A DNA stretch of 64,000 nt from an uncultured Acidobacteriota bacterium (lineage in GTDB: Bacteria; Acidobacteriota; Polarisedimenticolia; J045), in the NCBI GenBank assembly GCA_963702425.1, contig CAVPCQ010000015.1, forward strand, positions 32,001-96,000, in the 5' to 3' direction. The translations under genes and the position numbers were made by a program. This document shows positions 56,841-64,000 of this stretch, piece by piece. Position 1 is the first letter of the stretch, and each line of letters starts with the position of its first letter. The notes beneath the pieces are model-generated. The model was not told where the DNA came from. It ran no database searches and saw only the letters and a program-made list of their open reading frames with translations.

Positions 56841-56953
56841 GAGGGAACGGGCGCTCGGCGGACGGTCCTGACTCTCGGACAGCCTACAGCAGACAACGCG
56901 AGCCGGAAGGCCCGCCCAGTGCCTTTCGGGCCCCGGGTTTCGCTGGAGTTTCG

Positions 56954-57394
56954 ATGTTGCGCGGCCACGCCACCGCGAAAATCGACGACAAGGGCCGGGT
57001 CAAGATCCCGTCCGAGTTCCTCGAGCTCTTTCTGTCGCTGTGCAGCGAGGAGCGGCGCGTCTTCGTCACCTCCCGCGACGGCGAGATGGTGCTCGTTTAC
57101 CCGCTCCCGGTCTGGGAAGCCCACGAGCGCAAGCTGGCGGAACTGCCGTCGACCGATCCCGCCGTCGAGTCCTACCTGCGCACCGTCAACTTCTGGGGCC
57201 GCGAGGCCGCAATCGACGCCGCGGGGCGGGTGCTGGTTCACCCGCTCCTGCGCGAACGGGCCGCCATCGCCGGCGAGCTCTCCGTGTTCGGCAAGCAGAA
57301 CGTGCTCGAGATCTGCGCGTACGAGCACTTCCGGGTGCGGCCGCCGACGGTCTCCAGAGACGACCTGTCGCGACTGTCGCAGTACGGCGTGTGA
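56954..57394 (+). CDS. mraZ: Transcriptional regulator MraZ
   Basis: IDDKGRVKIP and IDAAGRVLV repeats; first gene of dcw. Confidence 0.93.
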   Translation: MLRGHATAKIDDKGRVKIPSEFLELFLSLCSEERRVFVTSRDGEMVLVYPLPVWEAHERKLAELPSTDPAVESYLRTVNFWGREAAIDAAGRVLVHPLLRERAAIAGELSVFGKQNVLEICAYEHFRVRPPTVSRDDLSRLSQYGV

Positions 57395-58362
57395 TGGCAC
57401 CCCGTGGGGAAGCGATCGCCGTGGCCTCCTCCCTTCCGCTGCACCGTCCCGTCCTGACGGCCGAGGCGCTCTCCGCCCTCGACCCGAGACCGGGCAGGCT
57501 GCTGCTCGACGGTACCGTCGGAACCGGCGGTCACGCAGCAGCCTGGCTGGACGCAAGCGCTCCCGACGGCCGCCTGATCGCGCTCGACCGCGACGCCTCG
57601 GCGCTCGCGGCGGCCGCTGTGCGGCTCGCAGCGTTCGGCGATCGTGCACGCCTCGCGCACGGCGACTACCGCGACGCCTGTGAACTCCTCGACGGGCTCG
57701 GTATCGACGCGATCGACGCGGCGCTGATCGACCTCGGCCTCGGCACGCACCAGATCGACGATCCGGAGCGGGGGTTCGCGTTCCGTTTCGACAGCCCGCT
57801 CGACATGCGGTTCGACCGCGACACGCCCGGCCCCACCGCGGCCGACCTGGTCAATCACCTTCCCGAGCCGGAACTGGCGCGGGTGCTGTTCGAGTACGGC
57901 GAGGAGCGCGCGTCGCGCCGGCTGGCGCGCGTGATCGCCGAGGCGCGGCGGCGGCAGCCGATCCGCACCACCTCCGAACTGGCGCGGCTCGTGCGATCGG
58001 CCGTTCGCGGCCACGGGCGGCACCGTATCGATCCGGCGACCCGCACCTTCCAGGCCCTGCGGATCGCCGTCAACCGCGAGCTCGAGGGCCTGGCCGAGGC
58101 GATCGAAGCCCTGGTCCGGCGGCTCGCCCCGGGCGGACGGCTGGCAGTGATCTCCTACCACAGCCTCGAGGACCGGGTCGTCAAGCACACGCTGCGGCGG
58201 CTCGCCGAGCCGTGCCACTGCCGGCGCGGTGACCCGTGCCGCTGCGGCGCGCTGACGCTGATCGAGCTCGAAGAACGGCACGCGGTGACCCCGTCCGAGC
58301 CCGAAATCGCCCTCAACCCCCGGGCGCGCTCGGCCAAGCTGCGCTGGGGGATCCGCCGATGA
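57394..58362 (+). CDS. rsmH: 16S rRNA m4C1402 methyltransferase
   Basis: HRPVL, DGTVGTGGH, PLDMR, ATRTFQALRIAVN, ISYHSLEDR, NPRARSAKLR. Confidence 0.97.
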   Translation: MAPRGEAIAVASSLPLHRPVLTAEALSALDPRPGRLLLDGTVGTGGHAAAWLDASAPDGRLIALDRDASALAAAAVRLAAFGDRARLAHGDYRDACELLDGLGIDAIDAALIDLGLGTHQIDDPERGFAFRFDSPLDMRFDRDTPGPTAADLVNHLPEPELARVLFEYGEERASRRLARVIAEARRRQPIRTTSELARLVRSAVRGHGRHRIDPATRTFQALRIAVNRELEGLAEAIEALVRRLAPGGRLAVISYHSLEDRVVKHTLRRLAEPCHCRRGDPCRCGALTLIELEERHAVTPSEPEIALNPRARSAKLRWGIRR

Positions 58363-58751
58363 GCCTGCCGCGCGGCGTGCTGAACCGTCCCGCCGTGGTC
58401 GAGAGCCACCCCAAGATCGTGGTCGACCTGCTCGGCTGGATGGCGCGGGCTTTCGTGCTCGTGATGCCGCTGCTGGTGCTGGTCGCGTCCTGGGTCCCCG
58501 GCACCGCACTGCGCTACGAGTGCACCCAGTTGCTCGACGAGATCAACCGGACCGAGCTCGAACGCCGCAGCCTTTACGCCGAGCGGGCGAAGCTCCTCGA
58601 GCCCGAGCGGCTGCGGCTCGAGGCCGAGCGCCTGGGGCTGTCGGCCCCGCTGCCCGGAGACGGACCGTGGCCCGTCGCGAGCGCGGCGTCGATCCCGCGC
58701 CCCGCTCCGGTTCCGCCGGCGGCGGGCGCCGGGTCCGAGGACCGGCCGTGA
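58359..58751 (+). CDS. ftsL: Probable cell division protein FtsL
   Basis: Position between rsmH and ftsI; single TM plus coiled coil; PERLRLEAERLGL. Confidence 0.7.
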   Translation: MSLPRGVLNRPAVVESHPKIVVDLLGWMARAFVLVMPLLVLVASWVPGTALRYECTQLLDEINRTELERRSLYAERAKLLEPERLRLEAERLGLSAPLPGDGPWPVASAASIPRPAPVPPAAGAGSEDRP

Positions 58752-60748
58752 GTTCGCCCTCCCTGCTCCCCGTGGCCCGCCGGCGCGTCGTGCTGGCAGC
58801 GCTGCTCCTGGCGGGATTGCCGCTCGTGGCGCGCCTGCTGGAGCTGCAGGTTCTCCGGCACGAGCTGCTGTCCGCGCGCGCCAAGGCGCAGCTCGAGGAC
58901 ATCGTCGAGATCCCGGGGCCGCGTGGAAACATCTACGACCGGAACGAACAGCTGGTGGCGACGAGCGTCCCGGTCGAGGTGCTCGCCGTCGAGCCGCGCA
59001 AGGTCAACCCGAAAGTCCTCGGAGCGATCGAGACCGCTGCGGGTGCGGAACGCGGGCGGCTCACGCGGCGCGCGGATGCCCGCTGGGTCATCGTCCGGCG
59101 CGACTGCGACGCCGCGGCCCGCACCGCGGTGGAGCGGCTGATCGACAAGAAGGTCGTCCCGAAAGATGCGATCTGGTGGCAGCCGGGCTATGAGCGCTCC
59201 TACCCGCTCGGCCCCCGCGCGGCCCACGTGCTGGGCTACATCTCGCTCGACGGCGAGCGCTCGGAGGGGGTCGAGCGCTTCTACGGCCGGATGCTGCGCA
59301 CGGCCGGGACCCGCGTGTCGCTCGCGATGGACGCTCATCGCAACCGGCTCGAGCTCGTCGCGGCCGATGACGGGCCCGACGAGAGCGCGTCGCTGATGCT
59401 GACCATCGACGCGCGGATCCAGGCGGAACTCGAGGGGGCACTGGCCGAGGCAGTCGAGACCAACGGCGCGAAGGCGGCCCAGGGCATCGTGCTCGACCCG
59501 CGGACGGGCGAGGTGCTGGCGCTCGCGGTCGCTCCGGCCTACGACCCGAACGCCTACGGCGAGGTGCCGCTCGACCGGCACCGCAACCCGCTGATCGAGT
59601 TCCCCTTCGAACCCGGCTCGGTCATGAAGCCGTTCACGGCCGCGGCCCTGGTGGAGTCGGGCGAGGTGCGCGGGACCGAGTCGGTCTACTGCGAGCAGGG
59701 GCGCTGGAAGATCAGCAAGAGCCGCACGCTGAGCGACGTCGCAAAGCATGGAACCCTCACGCTGCCCGAGGTGATCCAGGTCTCGAGCAACATCGGGATC
59801 GTCAAGTTCTCGCGCCGCCTCGACTCCCAGGACATGTACCGCACGCTGGCCGGCCTGGGGTTCGGGCAGCGCAGCGGCATCGACCTGCCGATCGAATCGG
59901 CGGGGGTGCTGCATGCCCCATCGACCTGGAGCCCGTCGGACAAGGACTCGATCGCGTTCGGCCACTCGATCTCGGTCACGCCGCTGCAACTCGCCGTTGC
60001 GGTCGGCACGATCGCGAACGGCGGCGTGCGCGTCCGGCCGCGGGTGGCGCGCGCGTTCGGCGCACCCGGGAGCTGGCAGCCGTACCTCGGCACCGCGCCG
60101 GAGACCGTCATGTCGCACGAGTCCGCGGCGACGATCACGCTCTGGATGCGGCGGGTGATCGAGGAGCAGCGGGCCACCGGGCACCGCGCCGCGATCCCCG
60201 GCTACACCATCGCCGGGAAAACCGGAACCGCCGAGAAGCTGACGAAAGGCCGCTTCGACAAAGGGAAGAACATCGCCTCGTTCGTCGGCTTCGCGCCGGC
60301 GACCGCGCCGGTGGCGGTGGTCGTGATCAGTCTCGACGAGCCGCATCTCGCGGGCCGGACCGGGGGCGTCGTCGCCGCGCCGGTCTTCGCGCGCGTCATG
60401 GGAGAGACGCTGCGCCTGCTGCGGGTGCCGCCCGACCGACCGGACGACCCGGCACTCCTGCAGGTCAAGGAACAACAGGCTGTCGAGGCCGAGGAACTGA
60501 TCGCCGAGAGCGCGCCGACCGCCGAAGTCGTGGACCTCGGAGACCGTGCGGCGGCAGTTGCCGGGATCGCGGCCGTCGTGCCGGCCGCGACGCCCGAGCC
60601 TGCCTCCGTCACGGTGAGGGCCCCCGCAAAGGCTGCGCCGAGGCCCGCCGCCGCGAAGACGCCCGCGAAGGCTGCGCCGAAGCCCGCTGCCGCGAAGACG
60701 CCTGCCCCGGACAAGTCCTCTGCCGGGCCGCGAACGGGCCGGCCATGA
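58748..60748 (+). CDS. ftsI: Class B penicillin-binding protein FtsI/PBP3
   Basis: RGNIYDRN, RSYP, EPGSVMK (SxxK), SSN, GKTGTA. Confidence 0.93.
   Translation: MSSPSLLPVARRRVVLAALLLAGLPLVARLLELQVLRHELLSARAKAQLEDIVEIPGPRGNIYDRNEQLVATSVPVEVLAVEPRKVNPKVLGAIETAAGAERGRLTRRADARWVIVRRDCDAAARTAVERLIDKKVVPKDAIWWQPGYERSYPLGPRAAHVLGYISLDGERSEGVERFYGRMLRTAGTRVSLAMDAHRNRLELVAADDGPDESASLMLTIDARIQAELEGALAEAVETNGAKAAQGIVLDPRTGEVLALAVAPAYDPNAYGEVPLDRHRNPLIEFPFEPGSVMKPFTAAALVESGEVRGTESVYCEQGRWKISKSRTLSDVAKHGTLTLPEVIQVSSNIGIVKFSRRLDSQDMYRTLAGLGFGQRSGIDLPIESAGVLHAPSTWSPSDKDSIAFGHSISVTPLQLAVAVGTIANGGVRVRPRVARAFGAPGSWQPYLGTAPETVMSHESAATITLWMRRVIEEQRATGHRAAIPGYTIAGKTGTAEKLTKGRFDKGKNIASFVGFAPATAPVAVVVISLDEPHLAGRTGGVVAAPVFARVMGETLRLLRVPPDRPDDPALLQVKEQQAVEAEELIAESAPTAEVVDLGDRAAAVAGIAAVVPAATPEPASVTVRAPAKAAPRPAAAKTPAKAAPKPAAAKTPAPDKSSAGPRTGRP
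60623..60700 (+). repeat. 39-bp tandem duplication in the ftsI tail (PAKAAP[R/K]PAAAKT x2)
   Basis: Units 60623-60661 and 60662-60700 are near-identical. Confidence 0.85.
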
Positions 60749-62220
60749 CGGTCGCCGAGTTGGTAAGCGGCCTGCCCGGCGTCGCGGTCTCGGGGCCGGG
60801 CGACGGCATCGTCCTTGCTCTCGCGATCGACTCGCGTACGGCCGGACCAGGGACCCTCTTCGCTGCGCTCTCGGGAGCACGCACCGACGGCGCCCGGTTC
60901 GCGGAAGCCGCGGTCGCACACGGCGCGGTCGCGGTGCTGGGTCACGGGCCGCGGCCCGCCGCGCTGCCGCAGCGGGCCGCGTGGATCACGGCGGACGCGC
61001 CGCGGAAGACACTCGCTGCGCTCGCGAAGCGCTTCTTCGGCGCCCCCGACGAGCGGCTCGCGGTGGTCGGCGTGACCGGCACGAACGGCAAGACGTCGAC
61101 GACGCACTTTCTTGCCGGCGCGCTGGAGCGCGCCGGCATCCCGACCGCAGTCGGCGGGACGCTCGGCCAGCGCTTCGGCGCGTCACGCGGCGGACCGACG
61201 CTGACGACGCCGGAGGCACCGCAGCTCTTCGGCTTCCTGGACGAAGCCCAGCGCGCGGGGGCGCGCGCGGCCGCGCTGGAAGTCTCGAGCGCCGCCCTCG
61301 TCGCCGACCGGGTCGCGGGGTTGCGCTTCGCGGCCGCGGTCCTGACGAACATCGGGCACGACCATCTCGACCTGCACGGGACGCACGAGGCCTACCGCGC
61401 CGCCAAGCGCCGCCTGTTCGAGGCGCTCGATGCCTCCGCGGCGGCGGTCCTCCCGGGAGACGACGTCTACCTCTCCGAGTTCGCGGAAGCCTCGCGCACC
61501 ACGCGCCGCGTCACCTTCGGGGAGGCCGCGGGATCCGACTGGCGGGTCTCGGAACACCGAGCCTCGGCAGAGGGCGCGCGGTTCCGGCTCGACGGCCCCG
61601 GCTTTTCGGGCGAGGTCGTGACCCCCCGCAGCGGGGCCTGGGATGCGCGCAACGTCGCCGCCGCGGTGGCCGCCGCGGTCGCGCTGGGGGCCGACCCGGC
61701 GACGGCGGTCGCCGGCGCCGCGGCGGTGTCGGACGTGCCGGGCCGTTTCGAGCGGATCGACGCCGGGCAGCCGTTCGCCGCAATCGTCGACTTCGCACAC
61801 ACGCCCGAGGCGCTCGACCGCGTGTTGACGCTGCTGCGCCGCGTGACGCCAGGCCGCGTGATCGCGGTCTTCGGCTGCGGGGGCGAGCGCGACGCCGCCA
61901 AGCGCCCGGAGATGGGCCGGATCGCCGGCCGGATCGCCGACGTCGTGCTGGTCACCGACGACAACCCGCGCGGCGAGGACCCCGAGGCGATCGCGGCCGC
62001 AATCCTGGCGGGGCTGGCCGGGACGCCGGCCGACGCGCGCCGCGTCGCGGGACGGCGCGCGGCGATCGAGGAGGCGGTCGCGTTGGCCCGGCCGGAGGAC
62101 GCCGTCCTCGTCGCCGGCAAGGGACACGAGACCTGTCAGGAGACCGGCGGCGTGCTGACCCCCTTCGACGACCGCGAGGTGCTGCGCGCCGCGATCGCCG
62201 CGACGGGGGCGCGCCGGTGA
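60745..62220 (+). CDS. murE: UDP-MurNAc-dipeptide:meso-DAP ligase
   Basis: GVTGTNGKTS, LTTPE, DHLDLH, DFAHTP, DNPR (DAP-type), AGKGHE. Confidence 0.96.
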   Translation: MTVAELVSGLPGVAVSGPGDGIVLALAIDSRTAGPGTLFAALSGARTDGARFAEAAVAHGAVAVLGHGPRPAALPQRAAWITADAPRKTLAALAKRFFGAPDERLAVVGVTGTNGKTSTTHFLAGALERAGIPTAVGGTLGQRFGASRGGPTLTTPEAPQLFGFLDEAQRAGARAAALEVSSAALVADRVAGLRFAAAVLTNIGHDHLDLHGTHEAYRAAKRRLFEALDASAAAVLPGDDVYLSEFAEASRTTRRVTFGEAAGSDWRVSEHRASAEGARFRLDGPGFSGEVVTPRSGAWDARNVAAAVAAAVALGADPATAVAGAAAVSDVPGRFERIDAGQPFAAIVDFAHTPEALDRVLTLLRRVTPGRVIAVFGCGGERDAAKRPEMGRIAGRIADVVLVTDDNPRGEDPEAIAAAILAGLAGTPADARRVAGRRAAIEEAVALARPEDAVLVAGKGHETCQETGGVLTPFDDREVLRAAIAATGARR

Positions 62221-63605
62221 CCGCGCGGACGGCCGCGGAAATCGCCGCCGCAGTGGACGGAGCCGTCCTCTCCGGCAGCCCCGACACGACGGCGCGCGGC
62301 GTGTCGATCGACTCGCGCAGCATCGCCCCGGGCGACGCCTTCTTCGCAATCGTGGGCGAGCGCCACGATGGCCACGCCTTCGCCGCCGCCGCCGCAGCAG
62401 CAGGGGCGACCGTGGTCGTGGCCGCGCGCGAAGTCACCGCGCCGGGCGTCGCGGTCGTGCGCGTCGACGACACGACGGCGGCGCTGGGCCGGCTGGGCGC
62501 CGACGAACGCTCCCGGCGCGCGATGGCGGTCATCGCGATCACCGGTTCGGCCGGCAAGACGACGACGCGCGCGCTGACCGTGGGCGCGCTCGCGGCCCGC
62601 TACCGGGTCGCCGGGTCGAGCGGCAATCTGAACAACCAGTGGGGCCTCCCGCTCTCGCTGCTCCGGCTTCCGGAGGCGGCGGACGCGGCCGTGCTCGAGA
62701 TCGGGATCAATCATCCGGGTGAGCTGGCGCCGCTGGCGCGGATCGCGCGGCCCGACGTCGGCGTGGTGACCAACGTCGGGACCGCACACATCGGTTTCTT
62801 CGCGGACCAGCGCGAGCTGGCCCATGAGAAGGCGCAGATCGTGTTCGAGACGGCGCCCGGGGGCTCGGGCGTGGTGCACCGCAGCTCGCCGTTCCTCTAC
62901 GAGATCGCGCAGCGCAGCGGGCGGCCGCTCGTGACGTTCGATCTGGGCGGCGACGCCGACCTGCGGCCGACGGGCGTCGCGGGCAACCTGGTCGACGGGG
63001 CGCGCTTCACGGTGGATGGGGTGCCGGTGCAGCTCGCGCTCTGGGGCGAGCACGCGGTGCTGAATGCGCTTGCCGCGCTCGGCGCGGCGCGCGCACTGGG
63101 CGTGCCGCTGGCCGAGGCGGCGCCGGGCCTGGCCGCGGTCGCCCCCCAGCCCGGCCGGGGCCGCGTGCGCCGCCTCGCGCACGGCGTGGTGCTGGTCGAC
63201 GACACCTACAACTCGAACCCCTCGGCCGCCCGGGCGATGCTCGCCGCGCTCGCCGCCTCGCCATGGGACGGCCGCCGCGTCGCGGTGCTGGGCGACATGT
63301 ACGAGCTGGGCGACCGCTCCCCCGCTTTCCATCGCGAAATCGGCGACGCGGCGGCGCGCTCCGGGGTCGATCTGCTCGTAACCGTCGGCCAGTGGGCGCG
63401 CGACACGGCCGCCGGGGCGCGCGCGGCGGGCCTCGCCGGCGCGCTCGCCTTCGCGGACGTCGCCGCCGCTGCCGCCGCACTGGCCGGAATGCTGCAGCCC
63501 GGGGACCTGGTGCTGGCCAAGGCCTCGCGGGGGGTCGCGCTGGAGCGCGCGCTCCCCGCGCTGTTCGAGCAGTTCCCGGAACTGGTGCCGGAGGGGGCCC
63601 GCTGA
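62217..63605 (+). CDS. murF: UDP-MurNAc-tripeptide:D-Ala-D-Ala ligase
   Basis: ITGSAGKTTT, NNQWGLP, DDTYNSNP, VLGDMYELG, KASRG; GTG start. Confidence 0.96.
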   Translation: MTARTAAEIAAAVDGAVLSGSPDTTARGVSIDSRSIAPGDAFFAIVGERHDGHAFAAAAAAAGATVVVAAREVTAPGVAVVRVDDTTAALGRLGADERSRRAMAVIAITGSAGKTTTRALTVGALAARYRVAGSSGNLNNQWGLPLSLLRLPEAADAAVLEIGINHPGELAPLARIARPDVGVVTNVGTAHIGFFADQRELAHEKAQIVFETAPGGSGVVHRSSPFLYEIAQRSGRPLVTFDLGGDADLRPTGVAGNLVDGARFTVDGVPVQLALWGEHAVLNALAALGAARALGVPLAEAAPGLAAVAPQPGRGRVRRLAHGVVLVDDTYNSNPSAARAMLAALAASPWDGRRVAVLGDMYELGDRSPAFHREIGDAAARSGVDLLVTVGQWARDTAAGARAAGLAGALAFADVAAAAAALAGMLQPGDLVLAKASRGVALERALPALFEQFPELVPEGAR

Positions 63606-64000
63606 TGCTCTTCCACCTCCTCTTCCCGCTGCACGAGGTCTTCTCGCCGTTCAATGTTTTCCGCTACATCACCTTCCGCTCGGCCGTGGCGGGCGTAACG
63701 GCGATCCTGCTGTCCTTCCTGGTCGGCCCGGCGATGATCCGCTGGCTGCGCACCCGGCAATACGGCCAACAGGTGCGCGACGACGGGCCGCAGACGCACC
63801 TCGCCAAGCAGGGCACCCCGACGATGGGGGGCCTCCTGATCGTCACCGCGATCGTCGTTCCGACGCTGCTCTGGTCGGACCTGTCGAGCGGCCACGTCTG
63901 GGTCGCGGTGGCCGCGACGCTGGGCTTCGGGATGATCGGCCTGTGGGACGATGCCCTGAAGCTGCGCGCCAGGAACAGCAAGGGTCTCTCGGCCCGGGGA
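63605..64000 (+). CDS. mraY: Phospho-MurNAc-pentapeptide transferase (partial)
   Basis: MLFHLL..FNVFRYITFRS..VRDDGPQTHLAKQGTPTMGG..IGLWDD. Confidence 0.96.
   Translation, partial: MLFHLLFPLHEVFSPFNVFRYITFRSAVAGVTAILLSFLVGPAMIRWLRTRQYGQQVRDDGPQTHLAKQGTPTMGGLLIVTAIVVPTLLWSDLSSGHVWVAVAATLGFGMIGLWDDALKLRARNSKGLSARG

Noticed and set aside
56805-56846. CRISPR or minisatellite in the GTGGGA repeats
   Set aside because: 6-bp units with 4-bp spacers at the mraZ promoter are MraZ boxes; there are no cas genes.

Overview
High-GC (roughly 70% or more by eye) bacterial chromosomal window from a diderm organism. Gene content suggests Acidobacteriota (inference: Acidobacteria-style VWA protein, receiver-TonB fusion, peptidase/TolB/Omp85 fusion). 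I saw no rRNA, tRNA, CRISPR array, transposase or prophage. Left to right: partial TauE/SafE exporter; cydAB; phosphoketolase; an orphan Cys-rich secreted protein; an outer-membrane beta-barrel with a textbook sigma54 promoter; frameshifted yitJ (HMT/MTHFR); aldo-keto reductase; OmpA lipoprotein; a cyclophilin-like protein plus a large secreted protein; Zn-ADH; VWA protein and acyl-CoA ligase; an envelope operon (TPR, hypothetical, peptidase-TolB-Omp85 fusion, GT-C-like, membrane protein); gatB-metallopeptidase-ftsE-ftsX; an M1 peptidase; a Pho locus (phoB convergent with pstSCAB-phoU-phoR, Pho boxes, a broken phosphate porin); a receiver-TonB fusion; a kinase-ligA-sigma54 RR-degP-sigma54 RR-TPR gene string; a divergent XRE-HTH/TPR regulator coupled to a secreted protein; and the start of the dcw cluster (mraZ, rsmH, ftsL, ftsI, murE, murF, partial mraY). 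The best novelty candidate is the RRNPP-like HTH-TPR regulator plus secreted partner at 54664-56534. Several single-base frameshifts look like long-read assembly errors. All calls come from reading motifs by eye; no database search was run.
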